Origin: an uncultured Methylomirabilota bacterium
GTDB lineage: Bacteria; Methylomirabilota; Methylomirabilia; Methylomirabilales; 2-02-FULL-66-22
Length of the DNA: 64,000 bases
Direction: 5' to 3'
NCBI GenBank assembly: GCA_963845565.1
Contig: CAWJSJ010000002.1
Span: 1,536,001 to 1,600,000, forward strand
The notes below the pieces were generated by a model. It had not been told where the DNA came from. It worked only from the letters and a program-made list of their open reading frames with translations, and searched no databases. Made by a program: the position numbers and the translations under genes. How positions within the stretch are numbered: position 1 is the stretch's first letter; the number at the start of each line of letters is the position of its first letter. This document shows positions 58,753 through 64,000 of the stretch, one piece after another.

Positions 58753-60153
58753 ATGGCGTGGATGAAGGTGGTTGAGGCATTTCGGACGGCGGTGGGCACG
58801 CCGCTCACGGTCAAGGGGTGGGTGCGGAGCCGTCGCGACTCCAAGGCCGACGGCGGACTGTCGTTTCTCACGGTGCACGACGGGACGTGCCAGGACCCCA
58901 TCCAGGTGGTGGTTCGGCGTGACCTGCCCAACTACGAGAGCGAGGTCGTGCGACTGTCCACCGGCTGCGCGGTGGAGGTGGACGGGACACTGGTGGCGTC
59001 CCAGGGCAGCGGCCAGGTCGTGGAGCTGGCCGCGTCGGCCGTCCGAGTGGTGGGTTGGGTGGACGACCCCGATACCTACCCGATCAGCCCCAAGCGGCAC
59101 AGCTTCGAGTACCTGCGCGAGGTGGCCCACCTGCGCGTCCGGACCAACACCTTCGGGGCGGTGGCGCGCGTCCGGCATACCCTCGCGGCCGCGATCCATC
59201 GCTTCTTCGACGAGCGGGATTTCTATTACGTCCACACGCCGATCATCACCGCCTCGGATTGCGAGGGGGCGGGCCAGATGTTCCGGGTGAGCACGCTGGA
59301 CTTCGTCAACCTGCCCCGGACCGAGACGGGTGGGGTGGACTTCGGTCAGGACTTCTTCGGCAAGGAAGCCCGGCTGACCGTCTCGGGCCAGCTCAACGTC
59401 GAGACCTACTGCTGTGCGCTGACACGGGTGTACACCTTCGGGCCGACCTTCCGCGCGGAGAACAGCAACACCAGCCGCCATCTCTCGGAGTTCTGGATGA
59501 TCGAACCCGAGATCGCCTTCGGGGACCTCGCGGACAACGCCCAGCTGGCCGAGGATATGCTGAAGTACTTGTTCGACGATCTGCTCACCCGGCGGCCCGA
59601 CGACATGGCGTTCTTCGACCTCCGGATCGAGAAGGGAGTTGTGGACCGCTTGAAGCACGTGATCCAGAGCCCTTTCCGGCGGCTGAGCTACACCGACGCC
59701 GTCGAGATCCTGCGGAAGTCGGGGCGGACCTTCGAGTTTCCGGTGGCGTGGGGCACCGACCTGCAGAGCGAGCACGAGCGGTTCCTGACCGAGGAGCATT
59801 TCAAGCAGCCGGTCATCCTCACGGATTACCCGAAGCAGATCAAGGCGTTCTACATGCGCATGAACGACGACGGCAAGACGGTGGCCGCCATGGACGTCTT
59901 GGTCCCGAAGATCGGCGAGATCATCGGCGGCTCCCAGCGCGAGGAGCGCCTGGAGGTGCTCGACCGGCGGATCGACGAGATGGGGCTCCGGAAACCCGAC
60001 TACTGGTGGTATCGCGACTTGCGGCGGTTCGGCACCGTCCCTCACGCCGGGTTCGGGCTGGGCTTCGAGCGCCTGGTCCAGTTCTGCACCGGGATGACCA
60101 ACATTCGCGATGTCATTCCGTTTCCCCGGGCGCCGCGGCAGGCGGAGTTCTAG
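58753..60153 (+). CDS. asnS: Asparagine--tRNA ligase
   Basis: GWVRSRR OB-fold, [48 protein letters not shown]. Confidence 0.97.
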   Translation: MAWMKVVEAFRTAVGTPLTVKGWVRSRRDSKADGGLSFLTVHDGTCQDPIQVVVRRDLPNYESEVVRLSTGCAVEVDGTLVASQGSGQVVELAASAVRVVGWVDDPDTYPISPKRHSFEYLREVAHLRVRTNTFGAVARVRHTLAAAIHRFFDERDFYYVHTPIITASDCEGAGQMFRVSTLDFVNLPRTETGGVDFGQDFFGKEARLTVSGQLNVETYCCALTRVYTFGPTFRAENSNTSRHLSEFWMIEPEIAFGDLADNAQLAEDMLKYLFDDLLTRRPDDMAFFDLRIEKGVVDRLKHVIQSPFRRLSYTDAVEILRKSGRTFEFPVAWGTDLQSEHERFLTEEHFKQPVILTDYPKQIKAFYMRMNDDGKTVAAMDVLVPKIGEIIGGSQREERLEVLDRRIDEMGLRKPDYWWYRDLRRFGTVPHAGFGLGFERLVQFCTGMTNIRDVIPFPRAPRQAEF

Positions 60154-60299
60154 GCGGCCGCTGAAAACGGCCCATCTGCGGTGACCCATCCTGCGGATGG
60201 GTACCCCGCTTGCTCGGGCACTCGTTGCGGCGTACCCAGTGTACGCCTCACTCGGCCCATCGCGCGCCGCCTGGCATCTGGACCGCTTTGAGCGGCCTT
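60154..60299 (+). mobile_element. Family B MITE-like element, copy 5
   Basis: Directly after the asnS TAG; GCGGCCGCTGAAAACGG...TTTGAGCGGCC. Confidence 0.87.
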
Positions 60300-60305
60300 G
60301 CGGAA

Positions 60306-60375
60306 CAGGCGCAGAGGCGTGGAGGAGCGGGGGGCGCAAGGCAAAACGGCCAACCGACAACCGACAATGGACAGC
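60306..60375. repeat. Family C short tandem repeat remnant
   Basis: aggcgcagaggcgtggaggagcggggggcgcaagg (8-mers), then GGCCAAC CGACAAC CGACAAT GGACAGC (7-mers). Confidence 0.6.
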
Positions 60376-60405
60376 ATGGGTCGGTTTTCGATTGGAGGGG
60401 GAGCG

Positions 60406-61116
60406 GTGGAGCACATTCAGGAAGAGAGGTTGGATATCCGGGAGCGCGGGGCGGGGCAGCAGGTGTCCACCCGACGGCTCTTCGTCCAGCTCCAGGTCTT
60501 CAGTGGCTGCGCGGACGCCCGGCCGCTAATCTCCGCCCTGGAGCGGAGCGAAATCGAGGCGGTGCTCTACCTCGATGTCAACGACCCGCGCGGCGTCGGA
60601 GTCTTGGCCCTCAGCGAGGACCCTAACCTGTTCGTGACCGGCGTGCGGGACTTCTTCAACCTGCCCCCGTTCGCGGCACTCGCGCACCGGCCGGAGTTCA
60701 CCATGCTCGGTCGGACGTACGCCTCCGGCCATGAAGTGGATCTGGCGGACTGGCTGTTGGCGCGGCCGCGGCGTGTTCTGGCCGATCCCGCGCTCGCTTG
60801 GGCCGTTTGGTATCCGCTGCGGCGGACCGGCGCCTTCGCGCGCCTCGCGCCCAAGGAGCAGGGGGCCATCCTCCGGGAGCACGGGATCATCGGGCGGGCC
60901 TACGGAGACGCCGGGCTGGCCCACGACATCCGCCTGGTCTGCAACGGCTTGGATGCGAATGACAACGACTTCGTCCTCGGGCTGATCGGCCCCGATCTGT
61001 ACCCGCTCTCCCATCTCGTCCAGAGCATGCGCAAGACGATCCAGACCTCCGAGTACATCGAGAAGCTCGGCCCCTTCTTCGTCGGCCGCGCCTGCTGGCA
61101 GCACACCGCAGGGTAG
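60406..61116 (+). CDS. Chlorite dismutase/coproheme decarboxylase (Cld/ChdC) family heme protein
   Basis: WYPLRR, EHG..GR proximal His, GLD..D.DF, LVQSMR, GPFFVGR. Confidence 0.82.
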   Translation: MEHIQEERLDIRERGAGQQVSTRRLFVQLQVFSGCADARPLISALERSEIEAVLYLDVNDPRGVGVLALSEDPNLFVTGVRDFFNLPPFAALAHRPEFTMLGRTYASGHEVDLADWLLARPRRVLADPALAWAVWYPLRRTGAFARLAPKEQGAILREHGIIGRAYGDAGLAHDIRLVCNGLDANDNDFVLGLIGPDLYPLSHLVQSMRKTIQTSEYIEKLGPFFVGRACWQHTAG

Positions 61117-61198
61117 CCTGTTGGATCGGTAGTCCTCACAAATATTCCCGGCCCGGTGGACGCTCCTCCGACGCCGGGTGCCTGCACCCACCCTGCGG

Positions 61199-61351
61199 TC
61201 GAGTGCCCGATGTCGGCTCGCCCGTACCCCGGGTCGGTCCGCTCAGAAGCGGAACTCCGTGCCGGCGGGTACCCAGCCCCAGGCTAACTGCGGAAAGCCG
61301 GGTACCCGTCCGAAGGATGGGTCCCCGCAGATGGGCCCTTTTCAGCAACGC
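61199..61351 (-). mobile_element. Family B divergent/partial copy 7
   Basis: Minus strand TAA-GCGTTGCTGAAAAGGGCCCATCTGCGG, mini-hairpin, later TCGGGCACTCG; right end not recognisable. Confidence 0.6.
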
Positions 61352-61374
61352 TTAGTGGAAAACCGCCTTTCGCC

Positions 61375-61499
61375 CAGGCCGCTCAAAACGGCTCCGATGC
61401 AAGGCGGCCCGCCAAAGGCTGAGCGAGACGTACTCCAGGTACGTCGCAGCGAGTGCCGAGGCGGGACAACGCCGCAGGTGGGCCGTTTTCAGCGGCCTG
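61375..61499 (-). mobile_element. Family B MITE-like element, copy 6
   Basis: Directly after the glgC TAA on the minus strand; CAGGCCGCTGAAAACGG...CCGTTTTGAGCGGCCTG. Confidence 0.87.
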
Positions 61500-62807
61500 T
61501 TAGATCACCGTGCCGTGGGGAATGACCACGTCCTTCGGGATGATGACGATGCCGTCGCGGATGAAGTAGAGGGGATGATCCACCGACTCGGGCTTGCCGT
61601 ACGGCGTGATCACGCAATGGTCGCCGATGCGGGCGTTCTTGTCGATGATGGCGGAATCCACGCGGGTGTACTTGCCGATCCCGATGCGCGGGCGGTTTTC
61701 GACCGCGTTGCTGCTGAGCGACTCCTCCGATTCGTAGTAGTCGGACCCCATCATCACCGTGCGCGTGATATGGCTACCGATATCCACCAGGGACCGGACC
61801 CCGATGACGCTCCGGGAAACGTGGCAGTGGCTGATGATGCAGCCGTCGGAGATGATGGCGTGGTCAATGGAGGCGCCGTTGATCTTGGAGGCCGGCAGGA
61901 AGCGCAGGCGCGTATAGATGGGGGCGCTCATATCGAAGAAGTTGAACCGCGGCAGCTCCGCGGCCAGGTCCAGGTTGGCCTCGTAGAACGAACGGATGGT
62001 CCCGATGTCTTCCCAGTAGCCCTGAAAGACATGAGAAAAGACGCGACGGTCCAGGATGGCCTGGGGGATGATGTGCTTGCCGAAGTCCGCCAACGAGTTG
62101 TCGAGGAGCTCGAACAGTACCGCGCGATTGAACAGGTAGATGCCCATCGAGGCGAGGAAGTATTCCTGTTCGTCTGGGATGCCGAGTTGGGCGTACGAGG
62201 CATGATCGAGTCTGAGACTATCGAGGAGGTCGGGCTCTTTGGGCTTCTCCACGAAGCGGACGATCCGCCGCTCGGCATCGGTGTGCATGATGCCCAGCGA
62301 TTGGGCGGCGCTCCGGCTCACCGGGATGGTGGAGATGGTGAGGTCGGCCTTCGCCTCGACGTGCTCCGCCAGGATTCTCCGATAATCCATCCGGTAGAGC
62401 TGATCGCCGCTCAGGATCAAGGCGTAATCGAAGTCGGCGCCGCGGAAGTGGATCAGATTCTTTCGCACGGCGTCCGCGGTGCCCTGGTACCACGAGGCGT
62501 CGGTGTGGCTCTGCTCGGCCGCCAGGATCTCCACAAAGCCCGGGGAGAAGTGATCGAACTTGAACGATCCGTACACGTGCCGGTGGAGCGAGGCGGAGAG
62601 GAACTGGGTGAGCAGGTAGATCCGCCGCATGCCGGAGTTGATGCTGTTGGAGATGGGGATGTCCACCAGCCGATACTTGCCCGCCAGGGGTACGGCCGGC
62701 TTGGCGCGCTCGCGGGTGAGGGGAAAGAGGCGGGCCCCCTGGCCACCCCCCATGATGATGGTGAGCACTCGGCTCGGATCGGCAGCATGACGCAGGGTGG
62801 CGGGCAT
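61500..62807 (-). CDS. glgC: Glucose-1-phosphate adenylyltransferase
   Basis: GGQGARLFPLTRERAKPAVP, GTADAVR, LSGDQLYRMDY, FVEKP, ASMGIY, DFGK, YWEDIGT. Confidence 0.97.
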   Translation of the reverse strand: MPATLRHAADPSRVLTIIMGGGQGARLFPLTRERAKPAVPLAGKYRLVDIPISNSINSGMRRIYLLTQFLSASLHRHVYGSFKFDHFSPGFVEILAAEQSHTDASWYQGTADAVRKNLIHFRGADFDYALILSGDQLYRMDYRRILAEHVEAKADLTISTIPVSRSAAQSLGIMHTDAERRIVRFVEKPKEPDLLDSLRLDHASYAQLGIPDEQEYFLASMGIYLFNRAVLFELLDNSLADFGKHIIPQAILDRRVFSHVFQGYWEDIGTIRSFYEANLDLAAELPRFNFFDMSAPIYTRLRFLPASKINGASIDHAIISDGCIISHCHVSRSVIGVRSLVDIGSHITRTVMMGSDYYESEESLSSNAVENRPRIGIGKYTRVDSAIIDKNARIGDHCVITPYGKPESVDHPLYFIRDGIVIIPKDVVIPHGTVI

Positions 62808-62817
62808 GGCGGCCTCC

Positions 62818-63996
62818 TCAGCTCCACGAGGTGCGCAGGAAGCGGACCAACCGGTCCATGGCGGGCTCCAGGATGGCCCGCTCGGCAGCGTAGCAAATCC
62901 GCAGGGACCCTTCTCCCCCCGCCCCGAAGGCGACGCCGGGGGCGATCCCGACCTTGGTCTCGTGCAGGAGCCGCCAGCAAAACGCGAAGGAGTCGGTCAG
63001 CCCCGCGATCCGCGGAAAGACGTAGAAAGCCCCATCGGGCGAGGGGACCGTCACCCCCGGAACCTCCCGCAGGGCGGCCAGGCAAAAATCCCGGTTGTCT
63101 TTGAGCCGCGCCAGCATCCGCTGCAGATCGTCCTCGCCCTGCGCCAGGGCGTCCTGCGCGGCGCGCTGGATGAAGCTGGCGGCGTGGGACACGATGAACT
63201 CATTGAGCTGCGCCGCCTTGGCCGCGAGGTCTTGGCGAGCGACCAGCCAGCCCACCCGCCAGCCCGTCATGCAGAAGGTCTTGGAAAAGGACTGGGCCAC
63301 CACCACCGCGTCCTGGCGGGTGGCCTTGCGCAGGATGGACGCGGCCGGGGCGCCCAGTGACGAGCCGGCGTAGTAGAGGCGGTCGTACACCTCGTCGGCG
63401 AGGAGCCACAAGTCGTGGCGCCGCGCGAACGCGAGAAGCTGATCCTGCTCGTGTTCCGTGGCCACCCACCCGAGCGGATTCGAGGGGGAGGTGTACACCA
63501 GGAGACGCGTCCGGGATGTCACGGCCGCTTCCAGCGCCGCGAAGTTCACGCAGAACCGGTCGCCCTGAAGCAGGAAGGGGATCTCCACCGGGACCGCGCT
63601 GTCCATCCGGATGATGGCGGCGCCGTTCGGCCACGCGGGGGTGAGCACGAGGGCCTCGTCGCCGGGGTTCAGGATGCAGCGGATGGCGACGTTCAGCGCC
63701 TGGACACCGGAGGCGGTGACGACGATCTCGGAGCGCGGGTCGAGCTCCACCGTCTGAGTCCGCCGGTAGTAGGCGGCCAGGTCTTCCCGCAACCCCGGCA
63801 GGCCGGCGTTCTCCGAGTAGAAGGTGTAGCCGTCCTCCAGGGCTTGGGCGGCGGCCCGCTTGATATGCCCCGGGGTCGGCAGGTTGGATTCGCCGAAGTA
63901 CAACTTGAGGACGCCGTCCATCTTCATGGCGGCATCGGCGATTTCGCGGATGCGGGACGGCGGCACCAGTCGGGCGGACGAGGCGATGGTCGGCAT
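62818..63996 (-). CDS. PLP-dependent class I/II aminotransferase
   Basis: SPSNPLG, DEVY, SFSKTFCMTGWRVGW, GAFY. Confidence 0.93.
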   Translation of the reverse strand: MPTIASSARLVPPSRIREIADAAMKMDGVLKLYFGESNLPTPGHIKRAAAQALEDGYTFYSENAGLPGLREDLAAYYRRTQTVELDPRSEIVVTASGVQALNVAIRCILNPGDEALVLTPAWPNGAAIIRMDSAVPVEIPFLLQGDRFCVNFAALEAAVTSRTRLLVYTSPSNPLGWVATEHEQDQLLAFARRHDLWLLADEVYDRLYYAGSSLGAPAASILRKATRQDAVVVAQSFSKTFCMTGWRVGWLVARQDLAAKAAQLNEFIVSHAASFIQRAAQDALAQGEDDLQRMLARLKDNRDFCLAALREVPGVTVPSPDGAFYVFPRIAGLTDSFAFCWRLLHETKVGIAPGVAFGAGGEGSLRICYAAERAILEPAMDRLVRFLRTSWS

Positions 63997-64000
63997 GGTC

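Noticed and set aside
43537..60153. Co-occurrence of asnS and gatCAB as unusual
   Set aside because: Common; GatCAB is still needed for Gln-tRNA in bacteria lacking GlnRS

Overview
High-GC bacterial chromosomal window with about 50 CDS and no recognisable rRNA, tRNA, CRISPR array, transposase or prophage. The gene content (TRAP/TTT transporters, a stand-alone ABC_sub_bind protein, paralogous MFS genes) is reminiscent of Methylomirabilota/Rokubacteria, but that is a weak inference. Gene order: MarR-RND efflux operon; URO-D-fold protein, frameshifted GntR, TRAP, opine dehydrogenase and alanine dehydrogenase; full-length Lhr with a truncated Nei; RpiR-TRAP-amidohydrolase catabolic cluster; unusual REC-pseudoREC-Cys4-STAS protein; SDR, GGDEF, PfkB; TctCBA; an accessory block (LysE, ABC SBP, DinB, PaiB remnant, pirin, DMT); Gfo/Idh/MocA; pcrA-gatC-gatA-X-gatB-uxaC; four tandem paralogous MFS genes; AsmA, SenB-like GT4, LysR; asnS; ChdC/Cld-like; glgC; aminotransferase. 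The most striking unexplained signal is non-coding, a layered set of intergenic elements. These are (A) a ~100-bp AT-rich double hairpin delimited by TNA triplets (4 copies), (B) a 125-165-bp MITE-like foldback placed directly after stop codons (6 full and 1 divergent copy), a ~25-bp hairpin found at variable positions inside B, and (C) arrays of 7-8-mer tandem repeats, mostly with inverted arms, one of them in frame inside pcrA. All calls come from motif recognition by eye; no searches were run.
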